Shown: positions 11,949 to 23,962, counted from the whole stretch's first letter. The stretch: DNA of 63,877 nucleotides, filler included, from Octopus bimaculoides (GCF_001194135.2; 9 parts of 6 records of this genome joined end to end with filler, not necessarily neighbours in it); one strand, 5' to 3'. Numbers and translations are program-made. Notes: generated by a model not told the origin, from the letters alone.

Positions 11949-12180
11949 AAAATCAAAATAAGCAACAAGGATATTCAAGGTTGCTGCAGTACGATCGTTT
12001 CATGCGACTCCATTTATTTAAGCAATGCGAGCATTACATTAATTGTAAAATACAGTATCTTTGTGCAGCTGAAGATTGCTCTGCATTTTACATTTAATGT
12101 AATTGCTTAAATAAATGGAGTCACATGAAACGATCGTACTGCAGCAACCTTGAATATCCTTTTTGCTTATTTTGATTTTA
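11949..12180. mobile_element. Palindromic MITE (~80-bp near-perfect arms plus inner symmetry)
   Basis: ATCAAAATAAGC..GGATATTCAAGGTTGCTGCAGTACGATCGTTTCATG mirrored at 12102-12180. Confidence 0.8.
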
Positions 12181-12699
12181 TATATATATATATATACATT
12201 AGAGAAAAAAAGGACAACAAAAACCAAGACAGACAGGTATCTTAAGTCATTTAGAATATTTAATTAGGGTAAAGTGAATTTGAAGTCTTTACAGCTGTTT
12301 CTGGGATATCCCAAGTGATAGGCTAGCATGTCTGTACACTGAGTATACCGTCATCAGAGATAAGGTATGTATGAAAGATTTAGACAGGGTAATTCACAGC
12401 TTATAAGGAAAAAAATAGTAGATAGAAGAATACAGACAGAAGAATAAAGTTCACAGCTCATCTTCTTCCAGAAGGGATGGAAGTTGGTCCATACTTCCAT
12501 GAAGATATAGGCCCTTAGGTATAATCCCAGATAAATCCAGGCAGGTATATATATATATATTAATCAGGGACATGCTACCTGGGTAGGCAAGATAGGCAGT
12601 GCCTACCCTGAATGAAACAGATCGATAGTAATATTTTCCTTTTATGGCAAAATATGCTCCTAATTCAATAAAATTATGAAGGTTACTCTGATTACTATG

Positions 12700-13720
12700 C
12701 ATCAAATACAAAATATATCATTTTTTTGTAGATTAGATAGGCATAATTCGCCCCTGCCTTTCAATCTCAATATTAAAGCTATGCATAGAACTGCTGTAGT
12801 ACACGTGCTGCATACATTCCTACATTTTCTTTACATGCTATAAAGGTAGAAGTAAATCTGCCTACAACTCAGTCGCGCCTACAAATCAAGTCCCTTGACC
12901 TTTGAGGTGCCACACATGGCAGGCCAGGAATGTGACAAATCATCTTTGTAGGACTCTGAAGGATGACTGGTGGTTAAGAAAACGTTGCTTGAAAGAAGTA
13001 CTCGCAGATCTGATATATTTACAAACATGGGATGTGGCCCCATTTGCACCCCTAGTAACATATGATGCAGGGTCGGTCATCCCATCGGTGTTGAAGATAA
13101 TTATTTGATCACCATCTGTGGTGATGGTACTGGGAACGGCAGATACCTCCTCCAAGTTGCTGGTCTTGGATTAGTCATCATTTCCAGGTGTGGAGATTGT
13201 ACTGGTGGTAACATATATTGCAGGTCTGGTCACTCTATCTGTATCTATGGTTTGTTCATTATCTGTGGCGGTGATACCAGGGTCTCCGGTGATACTGGGG
13301 TCTCCGGTGACACAGGTCCCAGACTGGTTATTATCTCTGGGCTTGGCAATTGTATTGGCATGAGATCTGGTTAATCTGCCAATATTCCTGTTGGATGGTA
13401 CATTGCTGTTACTGCAGATAATAGGTCTAGGTATCACCATAGCTTCAAAGATGACCCCTTCAGCCTCACAATGGCCTCCTACTGGACAGTTATTTTATAT
13501 CCTGCAAGAGCAGCCTGCCTCCTCCTTTGTATTGTGGGTACTTGTTAAAATGTTTTTTATGTTAGGTGCACAACTAAAGGAGACTCTTAGGTTGTGTCTG
13601 TTAAATAAATGCCTGTATCTATGTGTGTGAGTGAAATGTTTGTCTATCAATCTAAGGAAATTCTTTCTCACACAAGTCTTGATGTTGAGCAAGAAAGGTG
13701 GAGCAAGTGTCCACTTCAAG
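12700..13720 (-). mobile_element. Penelope-like retroelement, RT C-terminus plus GIY-YIG endonuclease (pseudogenised)
   Basis: One reading frame with in-frame stops: NFLRLIDKHF..NRHNLRVSFSC..CSCRI*NNCPVGGHC..VIFEAMV ... KYIRSASTSFKQRFLNHQSSF..HVWHLK. Confidence 0.88.
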
Positions 13721-13891
13721 CGCTACTTACTCGAAAATTGGATCTCTCCTCTTTCAGTTTACAAGGGTTGTTTTTACCTCTGCTTCAAGGGAGATAACAC
13801 ATCCTCATTAACATTTATATTGTCAAGACATATTTTTCGATTTTTGAACATTTCCTCACGTCCGCGGCATAGAAATTTTACATTTTTGTCT

Positions 13892-13960
13892 TTATATAGT
13901 CTGATGAGACGTCCACAAGGATTTGGCTTTGTGGATGCAAAACCTTGGGTAACTCTATAG
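13892..13960 (+). ncRNA. Type I hammerhead ribozyme fold (G12A variant) in an inverted Penelope terminal segment
   Basis: Stem I TTATATAGT/ACTCTATAG (1 mismatch), core CTGATGA, stem II CGTCCACAAGG/CTTTGTGGATG, core AAA in place of GAA, stem III ACC/GGT, GUA cleavage triplet. Confidence 0.7.
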
Positions 13961-14409
13961 GGATCTTATCCTTATTTATATAAATTTATATATTTACTTC
14001 AGCATTATATTCACTGCGGTGGTATTTTGACCATATCTTACTTTAGGCATGCGATTTAAACTGGTCGTGTGCATACGTGCATATATATGTGCGTGTACAT
14101 GCGTATATATACGTATTCGTATGTTGTATATATATATATATATATATTTGCATTTATGCACTATTTTCCGTATATTCCACTGATAAGGCAAAGCATTTCT
14201 TATGCAAAGCCAGAAATCCGGGATCTGGAATTAACCAATGGTCTTTTGTTAGTTTATTTTATCTCTTTGTCTTCTCTCCTGGTGCTGTATGAATATTTGA
14301 TGTGGTTTTAGAGTCAAGTTTTGACTGCTATATCTAGCATGATGGTATCTTTTAGATACCCTTAATTATAATTTTAAATATATATATACATATATATATA
14401 AATATATAT

Positions 14410-14467
<58 letters not shown>

Positions 14468-14471
14468 GTAT

Positions 14472-14692
14472 ATCATCATCGTTTAACGTCCGCTTTCCAT
14501 GCTAGCATGGGTTGGACGATTTGACTGAGGACTGGTGAAACCGGATGGCAACACCAGGCTCCAGTCCGATTTGGCAGAGTTTCTACAGCTGGATGCCCTT
14601 CCTAACGCCAACCACTCAGAGAGTGTAGTGGGTGCTTTTACGTGTCACCCGCACGAAAACGGCCACGCTCGAAATGGTGTCTTTTATGTGCC
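14472..14692 (-). mobile_element. Repeat family E copy with (GAT)n tail
   Basis: Ends on the minus strand ...GACGTTAAACGATGATGAT; matches 9010 and 62640. Confidence 0.85.
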
Positions 14693-14792
14693 NNNNNNNN
14701 NNNNNNNNNNNNNNNNNNNNNNNNNNNNNNNNNNNNTTAATTAATTAANNNNNNNNNNNNNNNNNNNNNNNNNNNNNNNNNNNNNNNNNNNN
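14693..14792. other. Assembly gap marker N44-TTAATTAATTAA-N44 (8 occurrences)
   Basis: The same 12-mer is centred in 100-bp gaps at 14737, 17726, 31386, 34425, 42949, 44961, 53569 and 58800; it is palindromic with stops in all six frames. Confidence 0.95.
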
Positions 14793-14830
<38 letters not shown>

Positions 14831-14897
14831 TCTTTGTTTTGCCCTGTGCTGTCCATGTTTTTCTTAATATAAATCTTTGTGGTTAATAAAGAAATCA

Positions 14898-15720
14898 TTG
14901 TTGTTGTTGTTGAGTGAGAGAGCAGTGCATGCCATCAAAGTGACACTGAGGTAAAATATACGAAGCCCATTATACCCATCATGACTACCCGTCTGATAAG
15001 GGTACACCAAGCACATGCATCACAACCATATGTGCGCGACATGGTGATCTCATATCAAGATAAACAGCGCATGACCTCGCAGATGGGGCCCAGCTAGAAT
15101 TTTCTTCAGGTCGAGTAGCACATCCCACTCAAAAGGTCCCTGAACAATGATTCTTTAAAGATGTTGAATGAAACACTCAGTGGATAGTAGAAATGAATTA
15201 TTCAAACACCAAATAATTCTTCTCAACTCATACGAAGCCCAGTATAACCATCATGACTACCCGTCTGATAAGGGTACACCAGGCATATGCAGCACAACCA
15301 TATCTGCGCGACATGGTGATCTCATATCAAGATAAACAGCACATGACTTTGCAGGTAGGGCCCAGTTAGAATTTTCTTAAAGTTAAGTAGCCATCCTTCT
15401 CCAATGAACCTTGAATAAGAGTTCTTTAAGGATGTTGAACGAAATACCCATGTTTCCAGAGGTGAATTATTCAAACCCCAAAGAATTCTTCTCACATGGC
15501 TATGATGCTCCCCAACTACTTCTGCTCATGATCAGAGACGCACATATCTTCAGCCACCAAGAGACATGCTCAACTGGTTAAGGTCAAACAACTGACAAGC
15601 AAATCTGTGGCATTGAGCAGAATATTTACTGTAGCCCATCTTTTATACCAAGACAAAACAATGTACATGATACATTGTACACTTCCAATCAGTTAAGGTA
15701 AGAAGACATGAGAACCACTA
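14898..15720 (-). mobile_element. Retroposon with (CAA)n tail and internal 272-bp tandem duplication
   Basis: (GTT)n at 14898 abuts GAGTGAGAGAGCAGTGCATGCC; ATACGAAGCCC recurs at 14958 and 15230. Confidence 0.6.
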
Positions 15721-15854
15721 GTAGTCTTATTTTCATCATGTGCTTTTAATGCACTACCGAGTTTCATTATCACCGTTATTCACAATATTTTGTTTTTTTT
15801 CATTGTCACTCATATGAAGTAACGATTATCAGGTCTTCAGGTTTTATTATTATT

Positions 15855-17681
15855 CAAAATGTTAGACGTGGCTTTCAGAAAAGGCATATCGACCGACGTG
15901 CTCGCTGCGAGATTGAGACTCGACCAATTCTTCAACGCGAAACATAAAGGTTGCGTTGTCAGAGCTGAGGCACGAGCACTTAGGCACGAAGGGACGAAAG
16001 CCGTTCAATGGGCCCGAGTGGTAGAGGCACGGCGTGGAAATAAATCCACGATCCCATCCTTGCTGGACCAAATAATAACTGATCTGAGACAGATGTGTGC
16101 GGCCTTTAAGCGACGCTTTGCTCAGCTGTTCGGGATCAGAGGTGAGCCGGGTCGCAGGATGGATTTGAGTCCTACCTCAACGGACTGCCGCGGCTCTCGG
16201 CGACGGAGGCGGAGCGCTGCGAAAGACCGATAACAGCCTTTGAAATACGGGAAGCAATGGTTAGCTGCACAAGGGATAAATCGCTAAGTTTAGATGGTCT
16301 GCCCACGAGCTTTACGCTTACATGCCAGACTTTTTCGGCGACCCTTCAGCGAACGTTTACTGCAACTAGCAAGAGAATGGGGGAATTCCCAGTTTTGTGA
16401 GCCGAGGAGTGATGGTGTTGCTGAGAAAAGACTTGAACAAGAAGGGATTGTATTGACAACTTTAGGCCCATAACTCTGCTGAATACGAAGTTCAAAATTT
16501 TGGCCAACGCGTTTACTACGAGATTGGTGCTTGTTGTCGGGGACCTGGAAGGGGATCCTTAAACGATCCATCGACGACAACCTCCACCTCATGCGATATA
16601 TCATTGAGAAAGTGGCTAAAGAACATGGTACTGGTGGGGCCTTGATCAATTTAGATCAGTCTAAAGCGTTCGAAAAGGTCGACCATCTATACCTAGCGAC
16701 GGTTCTCAAGGCAGCTAGTTTCGGGCCTGTATTAGGAGCTGGATTGCTACAATGCACAGCAACGTCTGTTCAGTGGTCAGAGTGAACGTTCACCTTCCAG
16801 AGCCGTTCAGCATCATGCGTTCGGTCCGGCAAGGTTTCCCCCTCTCGTCTCTCTTGTACGTACTGACTCGCGGGGCACTACTACACAAACTGGAGACATT
16901 GAAAGGTGTCGCGCGTGACCTAGGATGTGGGAGATGCGTGTCGGTAAATGCCGACGACGTCACCGTAGTGGTGTCGGATCATAAACATATAGAAATGATC
17001 GAGGACTATGAGGCGGTTTCAGGAGCGACAATTAACCAGGAAAAATCATTGGGCTTGCGGCTCAGGCACCTGGAGAAGTAAGTCCATACCGTCCAACTGC
17101 GTCGATGGGCGCTGGACGGACGAACCGGTTAAATTGCACGGAGTTTAGTTCGGTCCGGACCTCCAGAAGAACAAAAACTGGGACGAGGTAACGAGCAGGG
17201 TGAATACTCTCACCCAGAAATGGGTCGAGAGAAAGCTATCCCTGAAAGGTCGGGCAGAGGTAGCTAACGCGTATATTGTGTCCGTCATCTACTATCGCTT
17301 GACTGTTGTACCTTGTTCTGGTCACCGTTTGATTACGCTGGAGCGTATACTATTCCGCTTCTTATGGAAGGGACACGTCCCGATGGTCAGGCGGTCTATC
17401 TGCTGTCAACACCCGCTGAGTGGTGGCCTGGGCATGCCGTGGTTGATAATGTGCACACATGCGCTGAGGCTACATTTCCACTGCTTCCTTAACGGCGAAC
17501 AGGTGTGGTCGCCGATCGCCGTTCGCCGGACACGTGTTTCCGCTGCTAGTTTCTTTAACGGAACTGCAATCCCGGGTAAAACAGAGACCGGGTGGGGGAG
17601 CATTTGGAAAGTGAAATGTCTTCAAGCGCTCACAGCCCTCAGCCAATCGGACACTGCGATAAGTGGAAAGCCTACTTTAGC
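15855..17681 (+). mobile_element. Tx1/L1-like LINE ORF2 fragment (reverse transcriptase), frameshifted, cut by gap
   Basis: KGCVVRAEAR; DNFRPITLLN; GALINLDQSKAFEKVDH; VRQGFPLSSLLYVL; NADDVTV; KLSLKGRAEVAN; HPLSGGLGMP. Confidence 0.92.
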
Positions 17682-17781
17682 NNNNNNNNNNNNNNNNNNN
17701 NNNNNNNNNNNNNNNNNNNNNNNNNTTAATTAATTAANNNNNNNNNNNNNNNNNNNNNNNNNNNNNNNNNNNNNNNNNNNN

Positions 17782-17922
17782 GGTGGTGGTGATGGATGAG
17801 GTTGTAGTGGTGGTTGTGTTGGTGGTGGTGATGGATGAGGCTGTGGTGGTGGTGGTTGTGGTGGTGGTGGTGGTGATGGATGAGGTTGTGGTGGTGGTGG
17901 TGGTGGTGATAGTGATGGAGGT
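17782..17922. repeat. (GGT)n-rich minisatellite
   Basis: Recurring GGTGGTGATGGATGAGG(T/C)TGT units. Confidence 0.85.
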
Positions 17923-18384
17923 TGCGTTAACGAATTGTCAGGTTTGAATTGTGCCGCCAGGGGATTTTAAGTGAGCTGTAAATTTTTCAAAAAAACTATA
18001 ATATGTCTTAAGAAAATCCACAGTAATATTTAAGCGCCTGAATGACGTGTTATTCATAAATTTCGTTAAACTCAGGTGTGATTAACGAAAATTTAGGTAA
18101 ACAGTAGCTTTGAACATATTTTCTCATTTTTTAAATTTTAATACAATTGTTTAACTTTCTTTGGGAAGTGTGCCAGTAACTCTTTTATTTAATCTTTCAA
18201 TGCTGCATGGGTTTATTATTTCTTTTCGCCCGTGGGCCAGTATCTCTTTTTTGTTCTTTTAAACTTTAATCTCCAGTGAGCATGCCACGTGTCACGAAGA
18301 TTAAGAAATTATTCGGTTGGAGAATAGGATGTCATTTACAGGTGGTACATGAAGAGGATTTTTATATAAACAATGTGGAGTCAG

Positions 18385-18985
18385 GTGGCAGTACTGCGAA
18401 ATCAAGCCGAGTGCTAGATTCCCCGTCAAAGGAAGGTCGAAATCACGTGATTTGGTTGTCACGACGCTGGAAATGGCGGGGATTTAACTCCTCACTAACG
18501 ATACAAATAAGAGTGCATTTTGTACCAAAAGCCTATATGAGAGCTTCTCTCGTGTTATCTACTGCAGTATAGTTTGTTCTAACTAAACATCCATGTTTAA
18601 TTGGGAATAAATATTACTTTTCGGTATTAATACTGTCTCTGTCGCTAATGTGCAGCTTTTAACAAGCTCACTGGCTAATTACGACACCAGCGCCTGTTCT
18701 AGCACTGGTTTTCTATATATCACTGACGGTGAGGTGAGTCGCTGCTATCTCTTGCGGTCGAGCGCCTATCACTGATGAAACTAAGGGAAGTCGAAATTAC
18801 GTGATCTAGTGGTCTCGGCGCTGGAGATGGCGGGGATTCACCCCGCCCTCGCTAGCGTAATAAGCAAGAGTGCATTATGCACCAAAAGCCAATAAGAGAG
18901 GTTCCCTTGTGGTATCTACCGCAGCATAGTTGTTTATTTTTTTCTTTTCTAACAGAACATCCAGGCTTAAGTGAGAATAAATAGA
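18385..18985 (-). repeat. Second locus of the ~350-bp satellite-like unit, about 1.7 tandem copies
   Basis: Reverse-complement matches to 661-1275: GTATTAATACTGTCT, AAGAGTGCATT(T/A)TG, CCAAAAGCC, AATCACGTGATTTGG, CTAACAGAACATCC. Confidence 0.85.
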
Positions 18986-19122
18986 TCAAAGGAATGACTA
19001 GGTTTCTAGACATGTTGCTTACACTCTTACTGCTGAATCTATTCCTTTCCGCTAATGGATAGGGGTGGGGTTGAGTGGGTTATGTAAGAGCAGACGACAT
19101 GTTTGCACGATTGCCAAACGAC

Positions 19123-19620
19123 TTAACCCTTTTGCAGTCTGATTCCTCTGTCAAATGTAAACACTTATTTATTCTGATTGTTTAGAATTAGTCATGAATT
19201 ACCACGTAGCTCTGAGATTTCGATGATGTGGCTATTTATTTGACAAGCATCGGAGCGCGAAGCGCTCCTCACGTAAGAGCGTTCGTGAGATGGTTGGGAT
19301 ATATAAACAATTTTGAATGGGAACCAGAAAGCGAAGTATGAATAGACAATACGCATGTGTACACTGAATTCATAAAACCGAAGAGAGGATTAAAAATGCA
19401 ATGCGCATGTCAAAGTAAAACGGAAGAGGAAACTAAAACAAGTAATATGATGGGGTCTGCATGCTACGTCCGACACCACTATCGCGCAGCTTTGCTGTAA
19501 TTTTCTTGTTTTCAGAATGATATTGTAGGGTAGGTATGAGAGACCAGATCAGGCCAATTTGAACATGACACGGATAGAATACTGATGCAGGATATGGCCG
19601 GTTTAAATGCTAAAGTGTTC
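19123..19620. mobile_element. Probable piggyBac-like MITE interrupted by a 267-bp insert (19243-19509)
   Basis: Left end TTAACCCTTT, right end AATGCTAAAGTGTT (degenerate ...AAAGGGTTAA). Insert is bounded by ACAAG...CTTGT with a subterminal GGAGCGCGAAGCGCTCC hairpin. Confidence 0.4.
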
Positions 19621-19880
19621 ATAAAAGGGAATAGAAAGAAGAAAAAAAGAGGAAGAGTGGTTACAGGGAGGAAAGGTAGGGAGCAGATATGAGAATGAAC
19701 AAAGGAGAAAACGAGGTTGTTGGAGTTGGGAGTGAGATATGGTGAAAGAGAAGACAAAGCTTGGAGGATATTTATTGATATGATCATCATTATTAATAAC
19801 GCATACACGACACAGTTCGAAGTGAAGTCACACGCACACGGACACGCACACAGCCAATATATATATGTATGTGTGTGTGT

Positions 19881-19929
<49 letters not shown>

Positions 19930-20568
19930 NNNNNNNNNNNNNNNNNNNNNNNNNNNNNNNNNNNNNNNNNNNNNNNNNNNNNNNNNNNNNNNNNNNNNNN
20001 NNNNNNNNNNNNNNNNNNNNNNNNNNNNNNNNNNNNNNNNNNNNNNNNNNNNNNNNNNNNNNNNNNNNNNNNNNNNNNNNNNNNNNNNNNNNNNNNNNNN
20101 NNNNNNNNNNNNNNNNNNNNNNNNNNNNNNNNNNNNNNNNNNNNNNNNNNNNNNNNNNNNNNNNNNNNNNNNNNNNNNNNNNNNNNNNNNNNNNNNNNNN
20201 NNNNNNNNNNNNNNNNNNNNNNNNNNNNNNNNNNNNNNNNNNNNNNNNNNNNNNNNNNNNNNNNNNNNNNNNNNNNNNNNNNNNNNNNNNNNNNNNNNNN
20301 NNNNNNNNNNNNNNNNNNNNNNNNNNNNNNNNNNNNNNNNNNNNNNNNNNNNNNNNNNNNNNNNNNNNNNNNNNNNNNNNNNNNNNNNNNNNNNNNNNNN
20401 NNNNNNNNNNNNNNNNNNNNNNNNNNNNNNNNNNNNNNNNNNNNNNNNNNNNNNNNNNNNNNNNNNNNNNNNNNNNNNNNNNNNNNNNNNNNNNNNNNNN
20501 NNNNNNNNNNNNNNNNNNNNNNNNNNNNNNNNNNNNNNNNNNNNNNNNNNNNNNNNNNNNNNNNNNNN

Positions 20569-20618
<50 letters not shown>

Positions 20619-21831
20619 CACACACACAACGAGCTTCTTTCAGTTTCCGTTGACCAAATGCACACTGAAGGCTATGGTCGGCTCAAGAGACTACAGTAGA
20701 AGACATTTGCTCAAGGTGTCACGCAGTGAGACTGAACCGTGTGTTAGGGAAGCAAGCTTCGTATCACACAGCCACGCCTATCGTAAAAATTACCCGAGCA
20801 GGGTTAATCTGTTGCTCAACAACAACAACAACACATAACCATCAAACAGCCAACCAGACAGCCAGCGATTCAACCGACAAGCCACACCGAACCTATATAA
20901 CCGTGAACATTGTTATGATGCCAAAAATATAAAGCTTCCCAAATAAAACGGAGTAGGAGAAGAAGAGAAAGAGAAAGGTGTTTACGAAGAGAGCAGTGGT
21001 GTTAGGAGGGGGAAATAATATTTACTGGTAGAATTTGGAGAGATAAAGAAGTGACAGGTTAGATTTAGTTAAAACACCATAAATTTTATAAATGATTTAA
21101 GAGGGATTTCTCAAATAGGATGTGTATACATACATATTGTATGTACGCATGCATACGTGCCTAGTTATACGTATACACGTCCGTATGTGTGTTTGTATGT
21201 ATGCATGTATGTATGTATGAATGTATGTATGTATGTATGTATGTATGTATGCATACTTATGTATGGATGTATATTTATGTATGCGTGTATGCATGTGCAT
21301 ATATATGTGTGTGTATATNNNNNNNNNNNNNNNNNNNNNNNNNNNNNNNNNNNNNNNNNNNNNNNNNNNNNNNNNNNNNNNNNNNNNNNNNNNNNNNNNN
21401 NNNNNNNNNNNNNNNNNNNNNNNNNNNNNNNNNNNNNNNNNNNNNNNNNNNNNNNNNNNNNNNNNNNNNNNNNNNNNNNNNNNNNNNNNNNNNNNNNNNN
21501 NNNNNNNNNNNNNNNNNNNNNNNNNNNNNNNNNNNNNNNNNNNNNNNNNNNNNNNNNNNNNNNNNNNNNNNNNNNNNNNNNNNNNNNNNNNNNNNNNNNN
21601 NNNNNNNNNNNNNNNNNNNNNNNNNNNNNNNNNNNNNNNNNNNNNNNNNNNNNNNNNNNNNNNNNNNNNNNNNNNNNNNNNNNNNNNNNNNNNNNNNNNN
21701 NNNNNNNNNNNNNNNNNNNNNNNNNNNNNNNNNNNNNNNNNNNNNNNNNNNNNNNNNNNNNNNNNNNNNNNNNNNNNNNNNNNNNNNNNNNNNNNNNNNN
21801 NNNNNNNNNNNNNNNNNNNNNNNNNNNNNNN

Positions 21832-22220
21832 AGTAGCTTGCTTACCAACCACATGGTTCTGGGTTCAGTCCCACTGCGTGGCATCTTGGGCAAGTGTCTT
21901 CTACTATAGCCTCGGGCCGACCAAAGCTTTGTGAGTGGATTTGGTAGACGGAAACTGAAAGAAGCTCGTCGTATATACGTATATATATATGTATATGTGT
22001 ATGCATTTGTGTGTCTGTGTTTGTCCCCCCCCCAACATCGCTTGACAACCGATGCTGGTGTGTTTACGTCCCCGTAACTTAGCGGTTCGACAAACGAAAT
22101 CGGTAGAATAAGTACTAGGTTTCTAAAGAATAAGTCCTGGGGTCGATTTGCTCGACTAAAGGCGGTGCACCAGTATGGCCGCAGTCAAATGACTGAAGTA
22201 AAAGAGTAAAAGAGAGTAAA
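21832..22220 (+). mobile_element. SINE family A, nearly full length
   Basis: GGTTCAGTCCCACTGCGTGGC head, internal (TA)/(TG) tract, GGTCGATTTGCTCGACTAAAGGCGGTGC tail. Confidence 0.92.
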
Positions 22221-22222
22221 GC

Positions 22223-22257
<35 letters not shown>

Positions 22258-22258
<1 letters not shown>

Positions 22259-22472
22259 TCATTCAACTCTTTCCGAAACCTCTGCACTGCCCTCATATTG
22301 ACACCCAAACACTCTGAAGTGTTCCGGCGTGAATGCCAAGCAGTCGTTTTCTCATAGACGGTGCCCAACTGAGCCTACTATACTGTGTAGTCGACAAAGT
22401 CCAAAGTAAACAATGTGCATGCACGAAATTAAAAATATAATATGGCGACAATTTATCCATCGCACCCGTTTG
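22258..22472 (-). mobile_element. 5' end of DD37D (maT) transposon family, same family as 59041-59801
   Basis: Reverse complement GGGTGCGATGGATAAATTGTCGCC.. aligns to CAGGGTGTGATGGGTAAATTGTCACT at 59041; continues into HTH-like NTSECLGVNMRAVQRFRKEL. Confidence 0.8.
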
Positions 22473-22593
22473 TAAACCTCCTATATCATCCTTTTTTACC
22501 TTACTTTCCTTCACCTACCGTCTCTTCGTACTCTGGATGTTCCTAATCTGTCTTCTCTAATCTTCACTCTAGACATCCAGAGCCTCTATACAG

Positions 22594-22803
22594 TATTCAA
22601 TTTTTTTTCTCCGTGTTTTTCTCCTTGTCTCCGTATTCTTTCTGTTGAAGAGCGTAGCTCGAAACGTCAAAGACTTTCCGTATTCCCGAGCGTCATACTA
22701 ATATATACTTTTGTTATTTACACCACCTGTCCTCGTCTGTTGTTATTATTTGTATATTCTCCCATATAAACATATAACTATACATATACATATCTGTTTC
22801 CAT

Positions 22804-22810
<7 letters not shown>
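22594..22810 (+). mobile_element. Family H repeat (most complete copy) with minimal hammerhead-like motif at 22637-22673, followed by (TA)n
   Basis: TCTTT/AAAGA stem I, CTGTTGA core, GAGC-GTA-GCTC stem II, GAAAC-GTC. Confidence 0.8.
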
Positions 22811-22848
<38 letters not shown>

Positions 22849-23447
22849 AAAACGAAGACTTTTGAATTTTACCATTAAGCTGTAATTAGCAGAACCATAT
22901 GCACGCGCACACATGGTGGTGGGCAACTCTGTATACGATTCTGATGATTGCGGTTACATTACAAATCAGGCTGAAGAGGAATAGACAAATGGTAAGAATT
23001 NNNNNNNNNNNNNNNNNNNNNNNNNNNNNNNNNNNNNNNNNNNNNNNNNNNNNNNNNNNNNNNNNNNNNNNNNNNNNNNNNNNNNNNNNNNNNNNNNNNN
23101 NNNNNNNNNNNNNNNNNNNNNNNNNNNNNNNNNNNNNNNNNNNNNNNNNNNNNNNNNNNNNNNNNNNNNNNNNNNNNNNNNNNNNNNNNNNNNNNNNNNN
23201 NNNNNNNNNNNNNNNNNNNNNNNNNNNNNNNNNNNNNNNNNNNNNNNNNNNNNNNNNNNNNNNNNNNNNNNNNNNNNNNNNNNNNNNNNNNNNNNNNNNN
23301 NNNNNNNNNNNNNNNNNNNNNNNNNNNNNNNNNNNNNNNNNNNNNNNNNNNNNNNNNNNNNNNNNNNNNNNNNNNNNNNNNNNNNNNNNNNNNNNNNNNN
23401 NNNNNNNNNNNNNNNATATATATAAAAGAATAAATATATATATATAT

Positions 23448-23825
23448 ATCTTTTACTCGTTTCAGTCATTTGAGTGTGGCCATACTGGAACACCGCCTTT
23501 AGTTGAGCAAATCGACCCCAGGACTTATTCTTTGGGTCTCTTTTGCCGAACCGCTAAGTTACGGGGAGGTAAACACACCAGCATCGGTTGTCAAGCGATG
23601 TTGGGGGGACAAAAACAGACACACAAACATATACACACACATACACACATATATATATATGCATATATACGACGGGCTTCTTTCCGTCTACCAAATCCAC
23701 TCACATGGCTTTGGTCGGCGCAAGGCTATAGTAGAAGACACTTACCCAAGGTTCCACGTAGTGGGACTGAACCCGCAACCATGCAGTTCGCAAGAAAGCT
23801 ACTTACCACACAGCCACTCCTACAC
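23448..23825 (-). mobile_element. SINE family A, full length
   Basis: Complete head-to-tail match with the other family A copies. Confidence 0.92.
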
Positions 23826-23918
23826 ACACACACACACATATATATCGTTTTTCATTCTTTTACTTGTTTTACTTTTATTCTTTTACTTGTTTGAGTAATT
23901 TGACTGCGGCCATATATG

Positions 23919-23962
<44 letters not shown>

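Noticed and set aside
12454-12544. Plus-strand segment with acceptor- and donor-like ends
   Set aside because: Stop codons in all three frames.
14737-14748. Recurrent palindrome TTAATTAATTAA (8 copies), which could look like a conserved motif or array
   Set aside because: Always centred between two runs of 44 N and has stops in all six frames: a scaffolding marker, not biology.
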